Below, piece by piece: positions 1 through 8,546 of a DNA stretch of 64,000 nt. The position numbers were made by a program, and so were the translations under genes. The DNA comes from a bacterium (lineage in GTDB: Bacteria > Zhuqueibacterota > Zhuqueibacteria > Residuimicrobiales > Krinioviventaceae): positions 1,472,001-1,536,000 of the forward strand of contig CAXXMD010000002.1 in NCBI GenBank assembly GCA_963675755.2, given 5' to 3'. The number at the start of each line of letters is the position of its first letter. Within the stretch, counting starts at the first letter, position 1. Under the pieces are notes generated by a model. The model saw only the letters and a list, made by a program, of their open reading frames with translations. It did not search any database and was not told the DNA's origin.

Positions 1-1288
1 TGTGTTGTTGTATACCCAATAAAGGAATTTTGGAAATAAAGTTACCTACTCCCATAGAAAACATTGTAATAAAATCACCATTAGCAAAAAGACAATGGTA
101 ATTGCCCTTGATCATAGTGGCAGCAGCCATAAGCGCCAATATAGCCAACAAGGATTCTATCAGCATTCCACCATAACCAATAATTCTCGCATCTTTTTCA
201 TTATTTAATTGCTTGGCAGTCGTTCCGCTTGCAACCAGTGAGTGAAATCCAGAAATGGCGCCACATGCTACTGTAACAAACAATACCGGAAACAAATACC
301 CAATATCTGTTTTAAAATGTGTATAAGCTGGCAATGCGACATGGGCATTGGCAAAGAACAATCCTCCAACCCCGCCAATCAATAATGCGTATAATAAAAA
401 GGAATTTAAATAATCCCGGGGCTGTAACAAAATCCATACAGGAGTTACAGCGGCTATCATTACATAACCTAAAAGAATAAATACCCACAAACGCTGGCTT
501 TTTGTTTCCGCATTTGCAACATCAGCAATAACTGATGAATATTCAGCATCTGTTAACGAACTCTTAATCTTGGCAGGGCTTGAAATATCCTGCATCAAAC
601 CATTTGCTTTTAAATCATTTAAAACTTTAACTGTTTCAGGTGATACAAACTTTTCATAAACCACCATAGGATACATTTGGCCAAGGTAAATACTTGAAAA
701 AAGCAATAAAATCCCCAAAATGGATGCGGGCACCAAAGGCAAACGGAATCTGTAAATTGCCAATCCAAAAACAACTGCAACAATAATAAATAAAACAGAC
801 GAGGTTGCCACAGAAGGTACCGTAACAAAAGTAGTGGCTACAATCTTACAAAATACTGCTATGACAAGAATCATGGTTAAATACGCAAACAGCATAAAAA
901 GCAGCTTTCCTCGTGTGCCCAAATATTTTTCAATAATCTTGCCAATGGACACACCTTTATGGCGGGTAGATGCAATCATGGAAGTCATATCATGAACGCC
1001 TCCCATAAAAATACCACCTACAATGATCCATAAATATACAGGCATCCAACCAAAAGCTGAACCAATGATGGGTCCTAATATGGGTCCTGCGCCTGCAATA
1101 GATGCAAAATGGTGGCCCAGCAAAACTGGCGTTTTAGCAGGCACATAATCTACCCCATCATTCAATTCATGTGCGGGTGTAACAGCGTTGGGATCAATTT
1201 CCAATTTATTTGCAAGGTATCTTCCATATGTAAGATATGCAACAAAAAATAAAATCAATCCTGTAACAACAAGAATAACAGCATTCAT
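1..1288 (-). CDS. cstA: Carbon starvation protein A (peptide/pyruvate transporter), runs off window start
   Basis: Absent from the ORF track; translated by hand from ATG 1288: MNAVILVVTG...TPAHELNDGVDYVPAKTPVLLGHHFASIAGAGPILGP...LQPRDYLNS...FVTVACGAISGFHSLVASGTTAKQL, all CstA signatures. Confidence 0.95.
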   Translation of the reverse strand, partial: MNAVILVVTGLILFFVAYLTYGRYLANKLEIDPNAVTPAHELNDGVDYVPAKTPVLLGHHFASIAGAGPILGPIIGSAFGWMPVYLWIIVGGIFMGGVHDMTSMIASTRHKGVSIGKIIEKYLGTRGKLLFMLFAYLTMILVIAVFCKIVATTFVTVPSVATSSVLFIIVAVVFGLAIYRFRLPLVPASILGILLLFSSIYLGQMYPMVVYEKFVSPETVKVLNDLKANGLMQDISSPAKIKSSLTDAEYSSVIADVANAETKSQRLWVFILLGYVMIAAVTPVWILLQPRDYLNSFLLYALLIGGVGGLFFANAHVALPAYTHFKTDIGYLFPVLFVTVACGAISGFHSLVASGTTAKQLNNEKDARIIGYGGMLIESLLAILALMAAATMIKGNYHCLFANGDFITMFSMGVGNFISKIPLLGIQQH

Positions 1289-1414
1289 ACCGGCATCCTG
1301 AAAAATTATTTTTTATAATTTAGCAATTTCACTCACTTTTACAAAATGAAAAAAAGGGTAACTGCTTAACATTAATTTAATTTGTTTTTAATATCAGATT
1401 TTTTAAGTTGGATA

Positions 1415-2281
1415 ATGAAAAAAATACTAAAAACCTCTCACATACTGCTGGCAAATATATTAAAAATATCATGTGCTGTATTATTGATTATGGTTATTTT
1501 CAAATCCTACCTGGCAGCACAGATCGGATATAATAAATTTGATCTGATTGTCTACTATATGGTTAACACGATACTCAATTATTCTTTTTTTGCCATTATA
1601 GTAACAGCATTTTTATATGCAATATTTACACCCTGGGGATTTTTCAATCACCAATGGATTGTTGTAAAATGGATTTTAGCTATTTCCGGATTTCTTGTTT
1701 ACTGGTTTAAACTGGGGCCCGCGGTAAACGGTCTGGTTGCTATTTCTGATGCAGGAATCCACTTGACAATACAAAACAATGAATATCAGCTATTATCAAA
1801 AGATTTATTAATCTTTTCAATTATACAAATAATTATTTTTGCTTTATTATTTTTAATTTCCAGATACAAACCGGGCAAAAAAATTAGTAATGTTAATTTG
1901 CAAAAAAAGAAATTAGCACAGATTATAGTAATTATTTTGCTAGTTTTTGGTGTATTCAGCCTGGTAATGCAAACTGTAATGATGCATAGCTATCGCAATA
2001 TGGCCATAAAAAGTATTGATTTGAAAACTATTTCCAATGGAAGATATTTAGGAAGTGCAGAATTTTATGGTTTTGAATACAAAATTGCTTTGGAAATAAA
2101 AAACCACAAAATTATCATGGTTGATATAATTAACAATCGGGATAATAATTACGCGCATTACGCGGAAGGAGTAAAATATAAAATCATAAAAGCCGGCAAT
2201 ATAAATATAGATGGTATTACCGGCGCTACAACAACCAGCAAATGTTTATTAAAAGCAGCAGAAAATGCATTTCAAAAATAG
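1415..2281 (+). CDS. Multi-TM membrane protein (DUF2269-like N-terminus) with C-terminal FMN-binding (flavinylated) domain
   Basis: Several hydrophobic helices with TPWGFFNHQWIVVKW; C-terminal IDGITGATTTS flavinylation motif; ATG 1415 preferred over TTG 1382. Confidence 0.7.
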   Translation: MKKILKTSHILLANILKISCAVLLIMVIFKSYLAAQIGYNKFDLIVYYMVNTILNYSFFAIIVTAFLYAIFTPWGFFNHQWIVVKWILAISGFLVYWFKLGPAVNGLVAISDAGIHLTIQNNEYQLLSKDLLIFSIIQIIIFALLFLISRYKPGKKISNVNLQKKKLAQIIVIILLVFGVFSLVMQTVMMHSYRNMAIKSIDLKTISNGRYLGSAEFYGFEYKIALEIKNHKIIMVDIINNRDNNYAHYAEGVKYKIIKAGNINIDGITGATTTSKCLLKAAENAFQK

Positions 2282-2298
2282 GGTTTATTCCCCCTCTA

Positions 2299-3222
2299 TC
2301 AAGACATGATATTGTAAACAATTTCCTTGATGTCATTCAGGTTTTTATCCAATAATCCAAGATGAATACTGTTATCCAATGTATCATCCTGCAAATGTTC
2401 ATTTCGAATAATTTCCCAGGCATAATTCATTTCGATATCAATCTTGTTTTCTTCACCAATCACCAAACCCAGATCATGGTTCTGGCAGTATACGCCCGCC
2501 AGATGAACAATTGCAACCAGCGTTCGTTCGTAAATAGCCGTTTCCGGACGATGATGTCTTGCAACCACATGAGCAATATCACCAAAGAAATTCCATTGTT
2601 CCAACAACCAGGGACCGAAATCCGTATGACTGATACCAAAAATTTTGTTCTCAGCCTGTTCAAAATTACAGTTTTCCTGTTCTACTGTTTGAAGAACTTT
2701 ATCATAATCATCCGGGAAATTATGGATTAAAATAATTTCACCAATATCATGAAGTAATCCTGCGAGATAGGCACGTTCATAATCTTTGTATTTCAAACTT
2801 TTTGCAAGCAGTTTGCTTACAACCGCAGTAGCAAATGAAAACTGCCAAAATGATTTAAGTATTTTTGAATTCTTGCCACTTGAAAATGTATTCATTAATG
2901 TTGTTGTCAACACAACATTTTTAACTTCTTTAATACCCAGGTAAACCAAAGCCTCGCGCAAAGAATCTACTTTGCGGCCTAAACCAAAATAGACAGAATT
3001 AACAATCTTGACCATCTTGGCAGTTAATACCTGATCCATCATGATCAAATCAATCAATTCATCAATCGAAAAATCCGGATTTTTTGCCTGCTCAAGAATC
3101 TTGATTGCAAGCGGTGGTAATACCGGTAGATCATCAATCTTGTCCAAAAAAGCCAGCAACCGTTTGTCTTTGGTGCCCTGATTACTCTGTACTTCTGACT
3201 TTTTCACATCCTCGGCTAACAC
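2299..3222 (-). CDS. HDOD domain signal transduction protein
   Basis: LPVLP...DQVLTAKMVKIVNSVYFG...AYLAGLLHDIG...HTDFG..LLEQWNF; GTG start with AAGGAG RBS. Confidence 0.9.
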   Translation of the reverse strand: MLAEDVKKSEVQSNQGTKDKRLLAFLDKIDDLPVLPPLAIKILEQAKNPDFSIDELIDLIMMDQVLTAKMVKIVNSVYFGLGRKVDSLREALVYLGIKEVKNVVLTTTLMNTFSSGKNSKILKSFWQFSFATAVVSKLLAKSLKYKDYERAYLAGLLHDIGEIILIHNFPDDYDKVLQTVEQENCNFEQAENKIFGISHTDFGPWLLEQWNFFGDIAHVVARHHRPETAIYERTLVAIVHLAGVYCQNHDLGLVIGEENKIDIEMNYAWEIIRNEHLQDDTLDNSIHLGLLDKNLNDIKEIVYNIMS

Positions 3223-3246
3223 AGTTTTCTCCTTTTTATCGATATA

Positions 3247-4524
3247 TCAATCATACCATGCAATTTTTCTTAACGCTAGCAACATTGGGAAATGCGGAGG
3301 CTTCATATCTTTTAACCTGGGATCCCAATGATAATTTTTCAAATAGCCCTTATGAGGCGATCCTAACAAACCTACCGCACCACGGGCATATTGTATCAAT
3401 CCACCATATAATCTTAAATATCCATATGTTTGTGCAGAATAATTCTCCACATAGAAATTACGTTCATAAGTATATGTTGTGGGATTCATGCACATAATTG
3501 TTGCTTGAATTGTTCTGTCTGCCAGATAATGATTATCTGCAACGGCAACATCTTTGGTTGCAACCAAACCGATCATATCTTTGGACAATGGATTGGAGGC
3601 CGGATTATCGTTACACAATAAATCATCAATAACCCGGATCTTGCCTTCAGAGGCTACTGTCACCTGGCCACTCACTGTACCTTCAACATTAACAATTGTA
3701 TTAATAGGATCACTGGAATATCTTGTATAAATCACACCGTTTGTACCGGAAAGGTTATAGCTTGTATATTCTGCCGCTGTAGGCGGTGTGGAAACATTTT
3801 TAGCGCATATTAAGGCAGTCGAGTCGCTTTGAAAATCTATCCAGACATATTTTGCATTGAAATATAGCCCTCCAGTAACTCCTGCATTTGCAACATCGGA
3901 AGGTATTGAAGAAGGCATTTGTAACTCGGGTACCTTCCACTCGGATCCTCCATTAAAAACCGGGTTTGTGGAAGAATAATATTTTTGATAAGGTGAATAA
4001 GCACTATACACCCGATGACTGGTTACCTTGCCCATAAAAACAGCCTGGTTTCCGGTATAACCACTGATTCTGAAATAATCATTGGTATGTGTTGGACCAA
4101 ACAAGGTATCACCACCGGCAAACCAAATGTTACCTTCGGTATTGGTAAAATATGCAAACCTTGAAAATGAAGGCCGCGTCAACAATACTGCAACCGTATC
4201 ATACGCCCCCATGTATTGACCAATAGCAGTTACACGCACCATTGTGGGACCAAGATTGGGATCTTCAGTCTGCCGTTCATATTTATATGAATAAGTTCCA
4301 TTCGCCCAACTTTCATTACTAACGCCATCTGTTTTTTCTATATCCAGCATTAATTCGTTAAGAGCAGCATTGGCACCACTGTTTGCAATATTTCGCAATA
4401 CAATTTCACTGTAATTGTCTATATAGGTTGACATTCCCTGCCGCACAGCGCCCTGTGTTTGCATGCGAACAAACATGACACTGATCATCAACCCCAACAC
4501 CAATATTATTGAATATTTTCCCAT
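3247..4524 (-). CDS. PilX/GspK-like large minor pilin (DUF4900-like C-terminal domain)
   Basis: N-terminal hydrophobic helix then NIANSGANAA (PilX-like); FAYFTN..GDTLFGPTHTND and GYLKNYHWDPRL..PPHFP motifs; last pilin-like gene of the T4P locus. Confidence 0.7.
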   Translation of the reverse strand: MGKYSIILVLGLMISVMFVRMQTQGAVRQGMSTYIDNYSEIVLRNIANSGANAALNELMLDIEKTDGVSNESWANGTYSYKYERQTEDPNLGPTMVRVTAIGQYMGAYDTVAVLLTRPSFSRFAYFTNTEGNIWFAGGDTLFGPTHTNDYFRISGYTGNQAVFMGKVTSHRVYSAYSPYQKYYSSTNPVFNGGSEWKVPELQMPSSIPSDVANAGVTGGLYFNAKYVWIDFQSDSTALICAKNVSTPPTAAEYTSYNLSGTNGVIYTRYSSDPINTIVNVEGTVSGQVTVASEGKIRVIDDLLCNDNPASNPLSKDMIGLVATKDVAVADNHYLADRTIQATIMCMNPTTYTYERNFYVENYSAQTYGYLRLYGGLIQYARGAVGLLGSPHKGYLKNYHWDPRLKDMKPPHFPMLLALRKIAWYD

Positions 4525-4544
4525 GTCATACCTCTACTAAAAGA

Positions 4545-5141
4545 TTATTCACCCAAAAGATTTTTGGGTGTTATACGGGTAACGAACATAAATTTAGAAT
4601 ATTCTCCTTTAAAAGGTTCCCGGCTCTCAATACGATAGGCTACACGAATTGAACGAATTCTCGATAAAGAATCCGCAACAACAGGTGTTGATAATTCTGT
4701 CCCTTGCTTGTTATAATAACGAAGACGAAAACGTGTTAAACCCAGACAATAGCCATCATGATTTGAATTATTAACTTTTCTTAATAATTTTTTATCATTG
4801 GGATTTGGTGAAGCAGTATCATCACCAAACAAATAATATTCAACTTGAACAGAATCTGAAGTATGCACACCTAATACTGCACGTGGATTGGTATTATATG
4901 AAAATCGAATGCGGCTTGTATCTGCAAGTGATATTGCATTATCAGGATCAGACAAACAATGCCCTATTTTTCTAAAATCATAGCTTACAATATCGTTTAA
5001 AACACTCATATTATCCTGGGTCCGGATATCCTGTTGTAAAAATATTGAACTTGCTTTTACATTAGAATCCACCTGAATGATTATCAAAATCAGCATTCCG
5101 GCAATAACCAGAGATGTTATAATATCCATCATACTATTCAT
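4545..5141 (-). CDS. PilW/GspJ-like minor pilin
   Basis: N-terminal hydrophobic helix, then DIVSYDFRKIG, FRLRYYNKQG, IRSIRV and terminal ITPKNL, all typical of PilW-type proteins. Confidence 0.7.
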   Translation of the reverse strand: MNSMMDIITSLVIAGMLILIIIQVDSNVKASSIFLQQDIRTQDNMSVLNDIVSYDFRKIGHCLSDPDNAISLADTSRIRFSYNTNPRAVLGVHTSDSVQVEYYLFGDDTASPNPNDKKLLRKVNNSNHDGYCLGLTRFRLRYYNKQGTELSTPVVADSLSRIRSIRVAYRIESREPFKGEYSKFMFVTRITPKNLLGE

Positions 5142-5152
5142 AATTTATCCTC

Positions 5153-5656
5153 TTATTCGCTAAAGAAATAATGATACGCATACAACTTTCTCAAGATGAC
5201 TTGACCGTCCAAAGCTCCGGAAAATGCATCTGAATCGATCGTTACGGATATTTCTTTATAGTAGGATTGAGTAGTTATCTGTCGGTAATCATCATCCGGA
5301 TCCACGTAATGAACAGAAATATTTATAGTAAATGGGATCGAGTTTGACAAGCTGTCTGTTACTGCAAAACCATTAAAATCATCTACATCGTCAAAGTTGC
5401 CATAAGACTCACCACTATCAGGACCCAGATCGCTGGGTTCTGTATAGGATGCAATGGCCTGGGCAGAATTATCCTCATCAAACCTGAGATTTTCTGCCTC
5501 TTCAATATAGAGCTGCGCTTGTCCTATTGCTTCCAATACCTGTTCACTGTGATATATAACTGTATGATCATAAACCATGTGTGAATTCAATGTCAAAGAA
5601 AACAGCGAGAGCAGCATTAGCGCACCAATTGTTAAAATCGTTTCTGATGTGCCCAT
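5153..5656 (-). CDS. PilV/GspI-like minor pilin
   Basis: MGTSE + hydrophobic helix; AIGQAQLYIEE and FDDVDDFNG (MshD/PilV-like), terminal KEISVTI strand. Confidence 0.65.
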   Translation of the reverse strand: MGTSETILTIGALMLLSLFSLTLNSHMVYDHTVIYHSEQVLEAIGQAQLYIEEAENLRFDEDNSAQAIASYTEPSDLGPDSGESYGNFDDVDDFNGFAVTDSLSNSIPFTINISVHYVDPDDDYRQITTQSYYKEISVTIDSDAFSGALDGQVILRKLYAYHYFFSE

Positions 5657-5670
5657 AATAATAACCTCAC

Positions 5671-8523
5671 TTACTCACCATACCCATCAAATGTCATATT
5701 AATATATACTGTGGTACTCGTTGTACCATTTGGACTATCAAGAGCCACGGTTACTTCTGCAAGACCGGGATCGTCAATAACAGGGTCCATATTGTTCAGC
5801 AAATTGATCTGAAAATATGTTGAACCGCTGCCATATTTTTCAGCTTCTGCCATGAGTGACGTTGCATTCAGCTTGCCCTTAGAGGTAGAAGCATTTAATT
5901 TTGAACCTTTAGCTACAGGATTACCATTGATATCATATACTTTAATATCAATTGTTGCAACCTCTCCCCAATTCAGTTCGTCAGTATCTGAAACCACTTC
6001 AAATTTCAACAATGGACCACTGAAAATTACTGCTCCGGTTGTAAATACTGTTACTGAAGAATCAGAAGCACCCGTTTCATGGTAATATTGATCACAACCG
6101 CGTGTTGTTGCCAAAACATAAGCCACGCCATCATTTTCATCATAGGTATTCATTGTGTTCAACACTTCTGAAAACTCAAAATCAGGCACTGTAATAGGAA
6201 GCATTAAATTCCTGTCATTGGGATTTGGAATTCTATGCGGCGCCAGCACATATGGATCAGAAGGATTAAGAACAGGACGTGGGTTGGCGCTAATCAAAGT
6301 AGCTGAACCAATTCCATAAGCATCTGTCATAACATCAGTTGTAATAATACCTGCTGTTGAAGTCAGATAAACCGTGGTTCCATCTTCAACAGGATTATTA
6401 TATCGGTCTCCAACGTAAACCGTTACATTATAATTTCTAACATTGTTCCATCCATCCTGGTTGATATAATCAAACGCAAGTGTCATATGTGGTTCAACAT
6501 GATTTTTATCTGCCGGATCAACCCACATATATGGAGGACCTGAACGGATAACTACATTTGTGGTTCTTGCAGCTATATTATAACCATCATCAAGTACTTC
6601 AGCTTCAACTCGAACTGTTCCTGAATGTGTACCAGAGCGCAGGGTAACGGTTGCTTCACCATTGATAGTCTTGATGGGTGAAGAAATATATCCTGAAGGA
6701 TCGTTAGATGGCAAAATCTGTTCGCCACCACCGGGACCACTCAATATCCGGAATTGTACCATTACATCACTCGAAAGCGGAGTTCCTGTCTGGGACAACA
6801 ATGTTGCAGTCAAAGTAGTTTGTTCAAGATTACCTGTTTCTTTAACCCAAATAAAACTGGGTTCTGCATCAAGCAGGAACGAAGTTGCTTTTTCAGGTGC
6901 AAATATAATGGGAATGGATTTCACAAGACCGCCATAAACTACATTAACTTCTGCAATACCTGACTGTGTTTCAGAAACCAACTCTACACTTGCCGCACCC
7001 AACGAATTGGTAGTTGCTACATTAGGTATTGATCCTAAACTTGAATTAAAATTAATTGTTGCGTTAGAGATAACTTCCTTTGAAGTCGTTTGTTTTAATT
7101 GAACAGTTATAACTGTTTTGGAATTACCGTCAGCTTGTATTGAATCTGCACTTGCAGAAACTTGCATGCTAACGCCTTTTAACTCCATTGGCAATTGGTT
7201 TGTAACACTGCCAAAAGTTGCGGTAATAATATCGCTTGCATCTACAGTATCTGCATCTGCCTCATAAGTTACATTTGCAATACCATATTCATCAGTTACA
7301 GCTACACTGTCAACATAACCATAATTAGAATAAAATCGAATTTTAGTATTGGTTATTGGATTTTGTTGATTATCAAGTATTTTCGCGGTAATACCAACTT
7401 TATCCAAACCATTACGAATAACAGATTGATTCTCTGCTTTTAAATCAAAAAGACTTTCACCTGCAGATTCAATAAAAGAAACCTGAGCAGTATCGATTAA
7501 TCCATTAAAAGTTGCAATAACCAGAACATTTTCATTTATATCGCTTCCACTGACCAGTTCTGCAGTTGCATCACCTTTGTTATTGGTGTATGCTTTTGCT
7601 GTTATAGAACCATCAGTGGTAGTGAATTCAACACCCGCTCCAATAATGGGGTTATTTCTATGTGTGAGCAAACGGGCAGTCATATACAAAGAGGACCGTC
7701 CACCGGCAGATATTTGCGCTTCTTTGGGCAGCAATTCCAAACTGGGTAAAATATAAGAAATAGGAAGTGCAATACTTTCAAACGCACCATACTCTACAAA
7801 CAATGTATCAACCATTTCCTTTGTCATAGAGAGCACATCAACAGTAGCTACACCTTCATTATCTGTCAGAACATATTGAGGTACAGTGTTTTCCAATGCA
7901 CGTAGATAAACATATGAACTGCTAACAGCTTTTTTACTTGTTGTCTCTTTAACCACAACCTTGAGTTCAGAAGAATTGATACCATCTGCCGGAACCTCGG
8001 TGTGGCTCAAAGATGCGTTAAACTGAACACCAATAAACTGAAAATTGATTTTTGATGTAACAGTAACTTCATCGTCTGCCGTTGTCTTTTTCAAGCTTTT
8101 ACCTTCTGCATTTTTAACCGTCAGGCTAACAGTATAAGGTTTAACAACTTTTTTTGCCAGCTCGGTGCTGTCAAGCAATGATGTTGTAACAGTTACGGCA
8201 ATATCTTGTTCACTGGCTACACTGGTCAATACTGCATACGCTTCACCATAATAATTGGTTACTGCAGTTCTTGTTATTGTACCATGTGTTGTACGAAAAT
8301 TTACCCGAACACCAGAAGCAGAATACCCGCTGGTATCATTTACGATCGCAACCAATGTAACATTTGATACGCCATCAGCAATCAATACCGGATCTTCAGT
8401 ATCCATGTTTACTTGTTCAATTGTATTGGGACCTGTAACTTTATCTTCATCTTGATCACATTGCACAAGCATAAAGCTAATCAGGAACCAGGCAGCTATA
8501 TATAAAAGTTTATGTAATTTCAT
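5671..8523 (-). CDS. Lipoprotein with tandem invasin/intimin-type Ig-like (Big_1) domains
   Basis: Signal MKLHKLLYIAAWFLISFMLVQ-C; repeated ADG...F.TT.G.I.....T...G.A...L.S units; alternative start at 8544. Confidence 0.75.
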   Translation of the reverse strand: MKLHKLLYIAAWFLISFMLVQCDQDEDKVTGPNTIEQVNMDTEDPVLIADGVSNVTLVAIVNDTSGYSASGVRVNFRTTHGTITRTAVTNYYGEAYAVLTSVASEQDIAVTVTTSLLDSTELAKKVVKPYTVSLTVKNAEGKSLKKTTADDEVTVTSKINFQFIGVQFNASLSHTEVPADGINSSELKVVVKETTSKKAVSSSYVYLRALENTVPQYVLTDNEGVATVDVLSMTKEMVDTLFVEYGAFESIALPISYILPSLELLPKEAQISAGGRSSLYMTARLLTHRNNPIIGAGVEFTTTDGSITAKAYTNNKGDATAELVSGSDINENVLVIATFNGLIDTAQVSFIESAGESLFDLKAENQSVIRNGLDKVGITAKILDNQQNPITNTKIRFYSNYGYVDSVAVTDEYGIANVTYEADADTVDASDIITATFGSVTNQLPMELKGVSMQVSASADSIQADGNSKTVITVQLKQTTSKEVISNATINFNSSLGSIPNVATTNSLGAASVELVSETQSGIAEVNVVYGGLVKSIPIIFAPEKATSFLLDAEPSFIWVKETGNLEQTTLTATLLSQTGTPLSSDVMVQFRILSGPGGGEQILPSNDPSGYISSPIKTINGEATVTLRSGTHSGTVRVEAEVLDDGYNIAARTTNVVIRSGPPYMWVDPADKNHVEPHMTLAFDYINQDGWNNVRNYNVTVYVGDRYNNPVEDGTTVYLTSTAGIITTDVMTDAYGIGSATLISANPRPVLNPSDPYVLAPHRIPNPNDRNLMLPITVPDFEFSEVLNTMNTYDENDGVAYVLATTRGCDQYYHETGASDSSVTVFTTGAVIFSGPLLKFEVVSDTDELNWGEVATIDIKVYDINGNPVAKGSKLNASTSKGKLNATSLMAEAEKYGSGSTYFQINLLNNMDPVIDDPGLAEVTVALDSPNGTTSTTVYINMTFDGYGE

Positions 8524-8546
8524 CTCGAAAACCTGTACATTCATTA

